This document shows positions 26,270 to 33,799 of a DNA stretch of 44,751 bases, piece by piece. Positions within the stretch are counted from its first letter, which is position 1. Every line of letters starts with the position of its first letter. Source of the stretch: a virus (Duplodnaviria; Caudoviricetes); the IMG/VR virus record IMGVR_UViG_3300036783_000070, positions 1 to 44,751 of that record. One strand, given 5' to 3'. The notes beneath the pieces were generated by a model, which made no database searches, was not told the DNA's origin, and saw only the letters and a program-made list of their open reading frames with translations. A program made the position numbers and the translations under genes.

Positions 26270-26336
26270 TACTTACTTTCCTAGGTTGCGGGTACCTACG
26301 ACGTTCTTTGTTACCGGGCAGAGCCAGTGTAGAGCT

Positions 26337-26651
26337 CTAGGACTTCTGTCCTCGTTGAACTCGTACCTTATTTCCAGCTTTCCGTTTCCGTTGTACGGGT
26401 GCCTCTGATGACACTTCGGACACCACAACCCCAGGCTGACGTCTTGCAGCCTTGGCGGCTTCCACGAGACGCCGTCGTGCGTCCGATGCTTCCTGTGCCA
26501 TCTTCTGCTTGCGCTCGGCTTCGAGTCGCTTTCGTGCTCGGACACAACGCATATGCCCCTTGTGGTGTTTCGATGACTTGGCTCGACTTCCGATGTACGG
26601 GTCCTCACACATTTGAAACGCTGTCACAGGGAGCCGCCGCTTGTTTGTCAT
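26337..26651 (-). CDS. Hypothetical basic protein (overlaps a zinc-ribbon-like ORF ending at 26273)
   Basis: ATGA-coupled start; the overlapping frame 26273..26608 has a WCPKC...LCP C-terminus, so the gene boundary is unclear. Confidence 0.4.
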   Translation of the reverse strand: MTNKRRLPVTAFQMCEDPYIGSRAKSSKHHKGHMRCVRARKRLEAERKQKMAQEASDARRRLVEAAKAARRQPGVVVSEVSSEAPVQRKRKAGNKVRVQRGQKS

Positions 26652-26824
26652 GTAGCGTCTTTCTCCTTCCGTCGTGTCCTCCAGATCGGCGAGGACATGA
26701 GATGCCGATCCATGACTATCTTTAGCAGGTGCGCCATGGCCTGCTGCTTCGTGAAGTTGTTCTTTACTCGAAAGTCTTCGAACTGTTCCTCGAAGTCTTC
26801 AGGCAACTCCACTGTTACTCTCAT
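26648..26824 (-). CDS. Ribbon-helix-helix DNA-binding protein (58 aa, not in ORF track)
   Basis: MRVTVELPEDFEEQFEDFRVKKNFTKQQAMAHLL; ATGA overlaps at both ends. Confidence 0.65.
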   Translation of the reverse strand: MRVTVELPEDFEEQFEDFRVKNNFTKQQAMAHLLKIVMDRHLMSSPIWRTRRKEKDAT

Positions 26825-26958
26825 GTAAAGTCCTTAACCCTGCATCGTCGTGGACAGGACGTCTCGTGGCCGAAGCGTTGAACGTTCTGCGGGTAACGGC
26901 ACGTACACTTGGCCCAAGGCCAGAAGACGAGGATGTTCGTTCGCCACCACTGCTTCAT
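26821..26958 (-). CDS. 45-aa Cys-rich small protein (not in ORF track)
   Basis: MKQWWRTNILVFWPWAKCTC...H..SCP; ATGA overlaps at both ends. Confidence 0.55.
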   Translation of the reverse strand: MKQWWRTNILVFWPWAKCTCRYPQNVQRFGHETSCPRRCRVKDFT

Positions 26959-27254
26959 TTGGCGATAGCCTCCAGCATGTCGTAGATGTTTTGGTTCCAG
27001 GCGTCAAGGAGGAACGCCGGATCCTTCTTCAGGACTTCGCAGGCCTCTCGGGCTGCAGCCTTCGTGCCCGAATCGTTGCTAGACGATTGCGTAATGCTGT
27101 CGAGGACGACCGTCTCACGCTCGGTGTCTCCGAAGGTCTTGACGAAGACATCGCCACCACGCTTTGCGTAGTCAGCGTACGCCCTCATGCGTTCGGCAGC
27201 CTCTCCACCGTCTACTTGGACGATGAAGTTTACGCTGATGCGCTCATCAGCCAT
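26955..27254 (-). CDS. Hypothetical protein
   Basis: Tiling and codon use. Confidence 0.65.
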   Translation of the reverse strand: MADERISVNFIVQVDGGEAAERMRAYADYAKRGGDVFVKTFGDTERETVVLDSITQSSSNDSGTKAAAREACEVLKKDPAFLLDAWNQNIYDMLEAIAK

Positions 27255-27403
27255 TGTCGTCGCTCTTCTCTGTCGTTATGCACGACTTCAGAATGTTGCC
27301 GAGTGCCGGTAGGAGGACAACACCGACCTTGTAGAAGTAGTCCCCCGAGCGCTACGAGCTTCTTGGCGTCTTCGTCCTTGAGCTCGAAGGTGATTTTAAC
27401 CAT
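27247..27403 (-). pseudogene. Small gene apparently frameshifted at a G5 run
   Basis: Removing one G at 27342-27346 gives MVKITFELKDEDAKKLVALGDYFYKVGVVLLPALGNILKSCITTEKSDDNG ending over the next start. Confidence 0.4.
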
Positions 27404-27825
27404 CATGCCGTGTAACCACCATCTGGGAAGATCTCAGGGTCGAGGTGATTCTTGACCTCGTACTGGTCTCCTGAGAGTGGCGGAAGGTCCTCGTCGCCAG
27501 CACCCTCGAACCACGGCACCTCTTCGTCTTCAGGGAACTCTACTGGGAACATCGCGTCGTAGCACGGTCCGCAGGTCTGGCTGATGAGAAGCTCGCGCTC
27601 GTCGGCCGTCAGGTAGGTGAAGACGTCCTGAACCTTCTCGCCTCCATGATGCCATCGAGAGAAGTCGTTCTTCGAGATCATCATGTGGATCTTACCATCG
27701 CCACCACTGTCGAGTGACTTCTTGGTGAGGCAGTTCTCGGAGAACTTGGTCTGGCAGATAACGAAGAAGTCCTCCTTCTGGTTCTCGTATTCCTCTTCTA
27801 GCTTCTCGAAGTCTTCGTCGTTCAC
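27403..27825 (-). CDS. Hypothetical protein with Cys motifs
   Basis: VQDVF.YL.ADERELLISQTC..C.D motif common in phage proteins. Confidence 0.7.
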   Translation of the reverse strand: MNDEDFEKLEEEYENQKEDFFVICQTKFSENCLTKKSLDSGGDGKIHMMISKNDFSRWHHGGEKVQDVFTYLTADERELLISQTCGPCYDAMFPVEFPEDEEVPWFEGAGDEDLPPLSGDQYEVKNHLDPEIFPDGGYTA

Positions 27826-28151
27826 GGTAGTAGTTTCCTCTCTGCCTGTTTCAGGTTCTCGATCTGCTTCTCACGACGCTCCTGCGAAAGACGAATGTCT
27901 AGCTTGTAGGTTTCCTTTGACCACTCGTCCTGCAGAAGCTGATTGAACTCGTCGGTGATCACGACCATGTCGTCTTCTGGCTCGAACTTGACGACGCCGT
28001 GGCACGGTGCGATCTCACCTTCGTCGTAGATGCCGACGAGCTTCTGCTGGTACTCTTCAGGCATCCTCAGGAGGAACTCGCCCAGCTGCTTCGCCGTCCA
28101 CGGTTTCCAGTTCTTCAGCTTCGTCGGGTCTACCGAACCCAAATAGCTCAT
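27822..28151 (-). CDS. Hypothetical protein
   Basis: GGAGGA RBS; GTGA coupling downstream. Confidence 0.65.
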   Translation of the reverse strand: MSYLGSVDPTKLKNWKPWTAKQLGEFLLRMPEEYQQKLVGIYDEGEIAPCHGVVKFEPEDDMVVITDEFNQLLQDEWSKETYKLDIRLSQERREKQIENLKQAERKLLP

Positions 28152-28341
28152 CTGCTTCCTCCTTCACGACGCATCGGCGTCCGCATTCGCATTGTACAGG
28201 TTCTAGTTTGTGATCTCTGATCTTGGCGTATACTCTTTGCGGTGCGATTCCTCGAAGTCTTCCGTATTCGATTGGCGTAATGAGTCGTTGATCTTCTCGT
28301 TCGTCTTGTTCGATTTGTTTCTTGAGTTCGTCTATGTTCAT
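28057..28341 (-). CDS. Helix-turn-helix (excisionase/MerR-like) protein
   Basis: ITPIEYGRLRGIAPQRVYAKIRDHKL..C.CGR pattern. Confidence 0.7.
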   Translation of the reverse strand: MNIDELKKQIEQDEREDQRLITPIEYGRLRGIAPQRVYAKIRDHKLEPVQCECGRRCVVKEEADELFGFGRPDEAEELETVDGEAAGRVPPEDA

Positions 28342-28363
28342 GACGACCTTTTGTTTGCGCGCG

Positions 28364-28486
28364 TGCTTTAGCTCACGTCCACATATATACTTTGTTAGAC
28401 TGAGTCTAAACTATTTCTAACTGATGACAATCGCGCTCTCGCAGCTTTACTACAGCGCGATTTGTCCTCAGTTAGAATCGATTAGA
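28364..28486 (+). repeat. Dispersed ~125 bp element, copy 2
   Basis: TGCTTTAGCTC-N28-AGTCTAA...TCTAACTGATGACAA...TTGTCCTCAGTTAGA..TTAGA. Confidence 0.85.
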
Positions 28487-28652
28487 ATCGAGGATGGTTG
28501 AAGCTACGCCACCTTTCGTCGAACTCCTTTTGTCCCTTCTCCATGGCCTTGAATGCCTTCTTCTGGAACCTGATTGCAGCTACCACTGCAGTTAGAAAGC
28601 ATGCGAATCCTAGAAAGGATACGGCTACGATCGCTATGCCCCACCAAGGCAT
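28482..28652 (-). CDS. 56-aa single-TM protein (not in ORF track)
   Basis: MPWWGIAIVAVSFLGFACFLTAVVAAIRFQKK...; TAATG coupling. Confidence 0.65.
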   Translation of the reverse strand: MPWWGIAIVAVSFLGFACFLTAVVAAIRFQKKAFKAMEKGQKEFDERWRSFNHPRF

Positions 28653-28990
28653 TATGGACGCCTCTCCAGTAGGTCGATAACCTCACGGCGGGTAAGGTGT
28701 GGATAGAGGCTCTGCGCCTCCGTGATGCGAAGATCATCTCGTGCGCGCTGTGCCGCTTCCGAGAAGTGGTTGATCTTCGGAAACGCCTTCGGACCCTGAT
28801 GAGGCTGCGGAATGCTTCCGTCAGGATTCGTCTGAACGATGCGGCGGCTCTCAAAGTCCACGCACCGTTCGTTGCTGCACTCGAAGACGTGAACCTTACC
28901 TCCCTGTGGAAGCTTGGTCACCTTCACGGCCTTGCAAGGCATGTCACACCTAGGACAGCGACTCGCCATCTCAAAGGTGGTCTCAGGCAA
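28652..28990 (-). CDS. Zinc-ribbon protein
   Basis: RCPRC...FECSNERC. Confidence 0.7.
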   Translation of the reverse strand: MPETTFEMASRCPRCDMPCKAVKVTKLPQGGKVHVFECSNERCVDFESRRIVQTNPDGSIPQPHQGPKAFPKINHFSEAAQRARDDLRITEAQSLYPHLTRREVIDLLERRP

Positions 28991-29174
28991 CGCGAGTCAC
29001 CTCCGTGTCGACCTTGACGTCGTCAGCGTTCCCGACAAGCTCGAGAATCTCGTCAAGGTCGTCGATGTCCTGCTCGTACGCCTTGGCCTCCTCGAAGGTC
29101 TTGCTCGGGTAGTTGTCCAGGGAGATCTTGTGCTTGACGACGATCGTACGCTTGACCTCGATGAACCCACTCAT
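28983..29174 (-). CDS. Hypothetical acidic protein
   Basis: ATGA coupling, AAGGA RBS. Confidence 0.65.
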   Translation of the reverse strand: MSGFIEVKRTIVVKHKISLDNYPSKTFEEAKAYEQDIDDLDEILELVGNADDVKVDTEVTRVA

Positions 29175-29593
29175 GCCGATTCCTTTGCTTGTAGTTCTGC
29201 GATCTGTGCCTCAGTGACTTCGAGTCGAGACTCCAACTCGTTGTACCGACTCGCGAGCTGCTTGACCATATCCTGCGTCTGGCCCGCTTTGGTGTTCTGC
29301 TTGTGTCGCCGCTCTTCGTACACGGCGAATGTGTCCCAGTCAGGTTCGCGGATGATCTGCCAACGAGAAGGAGTGTTGCCTCCGCCGCGACTCAACTGCT
29401 GTACACAGCCCATAGCCTTGAGCCTCTGCATGACCGCTGTGTAGTACGGTATGGCAAGCTTCTTCTCGGCGAACAGTTGTGTCAAGAAGTTCTCGTAGAC
29501 AAGCTTTCCCTTGTCCACGGTGGCTTCTGCTTTCATGGCTTCGTAAACTGTCGAGCAGTGCTCAAACAGCTTCGGAGGTGCTTCCTCGCTCAT
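29171..29593 (-). CDS. Winged-helix DNA-binding protein with coiled coil
   Basis: YY..V...L..MGC..QL.RGGG..PS.W wHTH wing pattern. Confidence 0.7.
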   Translation of the reverse strand: MSEEAPPKLFEHCSTVYEAMKAEATVDKGKLVYENFLTQLFAEKKLAIPYYTAVMQRLKAMGCVQQLSRGGGNTPSRWQIIREPDWDTFAVYEERRHKQNTKAGQTQDMVKQLASRYNELESRLEVTEAQIAELQAKESA

Positions 29594-29789
29594 CGAGTTG
29601 GCTCCTGATCTTCTTCAGTGTGTCAATCGCCTCAGATGAGAACGACGTATGCTTAAGGAGCTCTTCCCAGCTGTCGAAGGGCTCTTTAGTCAGCAGTTCG
29701 AGCGTTTCTTTCCATTGCTCTTCTTGCATGTCAAGAATGTCACGAAGAAATGTCATCTCCTCATTTGACAGTTCGATCTGCTTTGCCAT
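29562..29789 (-). CDS. Hypothetical helical protein
   Basis: Likely start MAKQIEL at 29789; the upstream extension overlaps RNA structures. Confidence 0.6.
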   Translation of the reverse strand: MAKQIELSNEEMTFLRDILDMQEEQWKETLELLTKEPFDSWEELLKHTSFSSEAIDTLKKIRSQLDERGSTSEAV

Positions 29790-29807
29790 GTTATACTTTC
29801 TCGAGGG

Positions 29808-29863
29808 TTTAAAAACTGGAGGTCGAATCCAATTCCTGGCAGGGAATCCATGACGACCTCCAG
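29808..29863 (-). terminator. Intrinsic terminator closing the ncRNA cassette
   Basis: CTGGAGGTCG...CGACCTCCAG stem followed by TTTTT on -. Confidence 0.7.
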
Positions 29864-29918
29864 CCCCAGACTGCCATCCAGTTGCAGCACTCCGCCCCAG
29901 CGGACGCAAGCACTACCG

Positions 29919-29987
29919 TGTGCGTGCCGGGAATCGAACCCGGACCACTCTGACGGTGATAGAGTGTACTACTTATACGACACGCAC
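29919..29987 (-). tRNA. Aberrant tRNA or tRNA-like RNA (apparent anticodon ACC)
   Basis: GTGCGTG/CACGCAC acceptor stem; perfect T arm CCGGG-TTCGATT-CCCGG; 5-nt D loop without GG; anticodon loop TCACCGT; no encoded CCA. Confidence 0.7.
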
Positions 29988-29988
29988 T

Positions 29989-30325
29989 GGCGAGCCCGTG
30001 TTCTCGCCGAGTCGAGCCAGCTTGCATCTGGCTCGACTTAGATGGAACCGCCACCCTCTCGTACAGGAACCAGTCCGGGTGGTGTACCGTAGCTCTGTCG
30101 GTCAGGCAGCGGTTCCGCTTGAGGAAGGAGGACGAGTCAGCGCGCCTATATCCACAGACGTTCGGCGCAGGCACTTTTAGACCTTGGCAGCGCTGAGGTA
30201 CTGCGAGGTATGCCCTACGACTTACGAAGCTGTGACCTCTAGACATCTGTCCTCGTCCTCCTTCCGCTTAGACCTGCACGCCCTGCTTCCTCTTGAGGCA
30301 ACCCTGAACCCCCAGGGCGTGCAGG
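29989..30325 (-). ncRNA. Array of abutting structured RNA elements
   Basis: Stems of 6, 11, 8, 14 and 13 bp at 29989-30008, 30010-30038, 30044-30116, 30123-30265 and 30273-30325. Confidence 0.6.
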
Positions 30326-30329
30326 AGCT

Positions 30330-30794
30330 TTACTCGGCCTCTTCGAGGTCCTCGTCGTCGCCCTCGACCTCGACGCCGTCTTCCTCGTTCAGGTCCTCGA
30401 CGTCACCGTCGGACTCGTCCTCGGGCTCGTTGCTGACCTCGGTCGCCGCTGCCTTCTTCGCGGCAGGCGTCGCCTTCGGCTGCGTGCTCTTGGCGACGTA
30501 CCACTCGACGGCCTCTTCGAGGTTCGGCAGACCAGGTCGCGTAAGCACACCACCAGGCTGCTCGTCGTGAACGGTTCCGTCCTCCTCGTACCACTTGACG
30601 GGGAACGGGTTCGTCTTGCCGGGCGACTTGACCCAGGCGTACATCTGCTGGGGCTTGAGCGTCTCCGGCGCGATGCCCTCCTCGACGAGGTGGTTGCGAA
30701 GCTCGATCGGCGTCACAACGCCCTTGGGGAGCTTGAACCGAGCCGTCTTCGGAGCGACTGGCTGGGTCTCGTTCTCCGCGGTCTCTGCGGTCAT
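30330..30794 (-). CDS. Putative DNA-binding protein with acidic tail
   Basis: VTP......PQQMY motif shared with 36142 and 37021 genes; first gene after a consensus promoter; AGGAGG RBS. Confidence 0.75.
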   Translation of the reverse strand: MTAETAENETQPVAPKTARFKLPKGVVTPIELRNHLVEEGIAPETLKPQQMYAWVKSPGKTNPFPVKWYEEDGTVHDEQPGGVLTRPGLPNLEEAVEWYVAKSTQPKATPAAKKAAATEVSNEPEDESDGDVEDLNEEDGVEVEGDDEDLEEAE

Positions 30795-30852
30795 TTGGTC
30801 CTCCTGGGAACTTGCCGGCTACTTGCTAGCTATGTTTTGCTTGCTTGATTAA

Positions 30853-30881
30853 ATTATATAGGGCTTCAATGGGAAAAGCAA
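30853..30881 (-). promoter_or_regulatory. sigma70/HrdB-type promoter
   Basis: TTGCTT-N17-TATAAT on -. Confidence 0.85.
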
Positions 30882-30930
30882 GGGATCTCAAAAGATTTCC
30901 TAGGAAAATTTTTTGCTCCCTCGCGCCCCA

Positions 30931-31206
30931 TTAGGACTTGTCTAGACTAGCGTTGATGCCAGCTAGCGATGCCTTGACCTCCTGAACATCGTTTACGATT
31001 GCCGGGAGAACCTTTCCCAGAGCACTTGTCACAGCTTCCGCCGCGATCGGAACAGTCATACCGATGCTCTCGATCGTATCCTTGAGCTCCTTGATCTGCG
31101 TTGCGATAGCTAGCAACGACAGTGCTACTGGGTAGTCTGTCTGCTCCAAGTTCGTCGACTCGATAGCGGACCGAGCGACGCGGATTGAAACGGAATCGTC
31201 GGGCAT
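30931..31206 (-). CDS. Hypothetical helical protein
   Basis: AGGGAG RBS before ATG 31206. Confidence 0.6.
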   Translation of the reverse strand: MPDDSVSIRVARSAIESTNLEQTDYPVALSLLAIATQIKELKDTIESIGMTVPIAAEAVTSALGKVLPAIVNDVQEVKASLAGINASLDKS

Positions 31207-31285
31207 TCTCTTCTCCCTGTGGTCTCTCTTCAGGCCTAAGGCACCACCCTTAGACGACGCCAACACATGGCGTTTCGAATCAGGA

Positions 31286-31909
31286 TCAGTAGTCTTCTAC
31301 ATCTCGGAGCTCGATGAGCTGAGTCCAGCCGTACTTCGGCGCGAGCTGCTTGATGTCCTGCTCATCGTACATGAACGACCACGACTGACCGAAGTACTGA
31401 CTCATGATGTTGCGGCAGTTCTGGTCGCTGTAGCCGACGATCTTGACGTACTTCTTCCCGAGCGGGATGCCTTGCTGCAGCGAGACGTCCTCACGAAGCG
31501 AAGCCTGTCCATTGAGAACAGACACGAGCTTGTGCCCTACTCCGAACGTGAAGTAGCGCGCTACCAGGATAGGTGTCTCGTCCACAGGGGCCTGCTTGCG
31601 CCGAGTATCCACAGGGACGTCATCCATTGCAGCTTCTTGCATTGTCACCTCCTCGTGTTGCCACACACGGTTGATGTCCGTGTTCGTGAGGCCGCCGCAC
31701 GTCGCTTGGCCGCGGCCCGACGCCCAGTTATGAGGAGCGTGTACTTCGGTGAGCTGACATTGGATGACTGGGATCTCGCCGTCGCCTGAGAGAAGTAGAA
31801 TTTTGCCGTCGCGCTCTTCCTCTGGGTCGCGTTCGAGGTTGTTGTCCATGCGATGGTTCTCCTCTTCGAAGTGGTTTCCGTCATAGTAACTCAGTTGACC
31901 TTCCTCCAA
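31286..31909 (-). CDS. Hypothetical protein
   Basis: C-terminal YFTFG.GH.....YV.I.....R..M...FG..WSF.Y motif common in phage proteins. Confidence 0.7.
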   Translation of the reverse strand: MEEGQLSYYDGNHFEEENHRMDNNLERDPEEERDGKILLLSGDGEIPVIQCQLTEVHAPHNWASGRGQATCGGLTNTDINRVWQHEEVTMQEAAMDDVPVDTRRKQAPVDETPILVARYFTFGVGHKLVSVLNGQASLREDVSLQQGIPLGKKYVKIVGYSDQNCRNIMSQYFGQSWSFMYDEQDIKQLAPKYGWTQLIELRDVEDY

Positions 31910-32130
31910 TGCGGGGAGTTACTGGGCTGCTCGCCGCACATGCCGACGTTCTGGTAGCCGCGGCAGCTATCTCCACCAGCGACTCCGACGTTCTGATATC
32001 CCCTGCAGCTGTCTCCGCCTGCGAGGTGAGGCATGATAGCCTTGCAGAGGAACGTGTGGATACCGTTCTTGCTGTCGCAGTGAGGCCTGACAGGGTTGGC
32101 GCGGTAGATGGCGATGAGTAGGTTGATCAT
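31891..32130 (-). CDS. 79-aa Cys-containing peptide with tandem AGGDSCRGYQNVG repeat
   Basis: ATGA-coupled start; the two copies differ only at synonymous sites. Confidence 0.8.
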   Translation of the reverse strand: MINLLIAIYRANPVRPHCDSKNGIHTFLCKAIMPHLAGGDSCRGYQNVGVAGGDSCRGYQNVGMCGEQPSNSPHWRKVN

Positions 32131-32294
32131 GATTCTGGCACGTCCTCGTAGTAGACTTCGACGATCTGATTGTCATCGGGATCGCGAATGATTTTCACGA
32201 CCTTGAACTTGTGCACGTCGCCAACTTTAGGAACTTCGGCTTCGTGCGTGTGATGCTTGCGGAAGGATCTCACGACTTGTGCACGTAGCTTCAT
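32127..32294 (-). CDS. 55-aa hypothetical protein (not in ORF track)
   Basis: MKLRAQVVRSFRKHHTHEAEVPKVGDV...; ATGA overlaps at both ends. Confidence 0.6.
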   Translation of the reverse strand: MKLRAQVVRSFRKHHTHEAEVPKVGDVHKFKVVKIIRDPDDNQIVEVYYEDVPES

Positions 32295-32497
32295 GCCGTG
32301 TACTTCCTTTGCTTCTCGATATGGCCTACACGGTAGACCTTGCCAAGGTACTGAACCTCGTACCTGTAGCGAAAGCTCATTCTGTGCTTCCCTACTAGTA
32401 CTGCTTGGACTCGGTTATGGAACAGCCGTCTAACGTCAATGACCTTGCTGCTGTTCGTCGTCGGGTCGTTGATTAGAACGACCGATCCCTTCTTCAT
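32291..32497 (-). CDS. Hypothetical basic protein
   Basis: AAGGAGGTG RBS. Confidence 0.6.
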   Translation of the reverse strand: MKKGSVVLINDPTTNSSKVIDVRRLFHNRVQAVLVGKHRMSFRYRYEVQYLGKVYRVGHIEKQRKYTA

Positions 32498-32729
32498 TAC
32501 ACACCTCCTTTACAACCATCGCTACGACGTACGTCATAGGGTGAATACCCTTGACATGGTAGTCGACCCAGATCTCTGAGCCGACGAGCATAGCACCCCA
32601 GCATACGACATCTTGCGGCTCGCGCATTGTGCCGTCGGCGTAGGTAGAGACGTCGCGGATGTGGTCCTCCACTGCCTTTTCAGACCCTGTAAGACCACAT
32701 CCGTCACATTCCCACATGTTAAGGGACAC
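32436..32729 (-). CDS. Hypothetical protein with C2H2-like motif
   Basis: WECDGCG.......EDH. Confidence 0.55.
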   Translation of the reverse strand: MSLNMWECDGCGLTGSEKAVEDHIRDVSTYADGTMREPQDVVCWGAMLVGSEIWVDYHVKGIHPMTYVVAMVVKEVCNEEGIGRSNQRPDDEQQQGH

Positions 32730-32976
32730 GAAGAACCTCGATGCGGAGCTCGCGAGCGCCAGCGATCCACAGGAAGGGAGATCGCTGAACTAGCATGTTC
32801 TCGCCGAGCTTGAAGTCCTCGCCACATGTTGCCTGCTTGCGAAGCTCGGCGTAGAAGAACGCCTTGCCCTCATCTTGCGCCCTGACTACTGTTCGGAAGG
32901 TCTCGATGTTCTCGACGATCTCTCGAACTGTGTAGTCGAAGAACTCGCCTTCGCTTGCATGGAATCTGTCAGTCAT
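32719..32976 (-). CDS. Hypothetical protein
   Basis: AAGGAG RBS; tiling. Confidence 0.65.
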   Translation of the reverse strand: MTDRFHASEGEFFDYTVREIVENIETFRTVVRAQDEGKAFFYAELRKQATCGEDFKLGENMLVQRSPFLWIAGARELRIEVLRVP

Positions 32977-33388
32977 TGAGGTACTCCTTACATGCCTCGA
33001 TGAAGCCGTAGAGGACGGCGATCTGCTCGTACAGGAACGCGTAGTCCTCTTCTGGATCGTACTTAGCTCCGTCGATCGCTCCGACAGGCTCCTTGGTAGG
33101 ATGACGCATGAGTTCGATGACTCCGTACGTCAGGCCCTCTCGTGCCCAGGTTTCGGCTGTGAGTATGCTGTTCTTGTACTCGACAACCTTCTCCCGAGCG
33201 TACGTCATGAGGTCAGGGACCTTGTCGTAGCTGATCTCGAAGACGCGGTGTTCCATCTCGGGAGTCTTGTACAGGTAGAGGTACTGCTGCATGGTGACTG
33301 AAAGCGTAAGGTGGAGTTCCTCATCGCCTTCATAGAACTTGAAGTAGTCTTCCCAGCGACCTTCGGGCATTTGTTCTCCAGGTCTCAT
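32969..33388 (-). CDS. Hypothetical protein
   Basis: Tiling; codon use. Confidence 0.65.
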   Translation of the reverse strand: MRPGEQMPEGRWEDYFKFYEGDEELHLTLSVTMQQYLYLYKTPEMEHRVFEISYDKVPDLMTYAREKVVEYKNSILTAETWAREGLTYGVIELMRHPTKEPVGAIDGAKYDPEEDYAFLYEQIAVLYGFIEACKEYLND

Positions 33389-33433
33389 CAGGCAGCCTAT
33401 CTGACTGCGACGCCATCACGGCGTTTCGACCAG

Positions 33434-33799
33434 TTAGAACGGTGGCTCTTCGGCAATCTCGCGATCGACGCGCGTCTGTTCGATCTGCTCGTCGAGGTCG
33501 AACTCGCCCGTTGTGACCGGGAGCAGGAACGGGCCTGTCAAGTCAGCGAGCGCGAGGTCTTCGTCACCTGCCTCCAGCGCCTCGGAGTGCTTGTCGTCCG
33601 TTGAGTCGTCGACGAACGGTGCTGCCGACGTGAGCGCGTCGATGAGGCGAACTCGATCTTCGTCAACGAGCTCCTCTCCGAGGACTCGAATGACTGTGTC
33701 GACAGTGACGTGCGAGAGGCAGACGCGAAGGAGAATGTCCTCGGCGACCGACTCCTTGTTGTTCTCAGTTACGACGACTTGCTTGCGATGCAATGCCAC
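33434..33799 (-). CDS. Hypothetical acidic protein ending EEPPF
   Basis: AAGGAGA RBS before GTG 33799; SSB-like acidic PF C-terminus. Confidence 0.65.
   Translation of the reverse strand: MALHRKQVVVTENNKESVAEDILLRVCLSHVTVDTVIRVLGEELVDEDRVRLIDALTSAAPFVDDSTDDKHSEALEAGDEDLALADLTGPFLLPVTTGEFDLDEQIEQTRVDREIAEEPPF

Noticed and set aside
29919-29987. tRNA fragment as attP of a temperate phage
   Set aside because: No integrase is recognisable in the window, and the element is a complete cloverleaf rather than a 3' half.
29809-30246. ORFs 29809..30246 (-), 29850..30041 (+) and 29920..30180 (+)
   Set aside because: No RBS, atypical composition, and they overlap a tRNA-like fold and multiple perfect stems; better explained as non-coding.
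30010-30325. Known riboswitch (preQ1) or hammerhead ribozyme
   Set aside because: I could not find the preQ1-I stem plus A-rich tail or the CUGANGA/GAAA hammerhead core; a covariance-model search is still needed.
31942-32022. CRISPR-like mini-array, or trypsin active-site motif (GGKDSCQGDSGGP)
   Set aside because: Only two adjacent in-frame copies with synonymous divergence and no spacers; the catalytic GDSGGP and the protease fold are absent.
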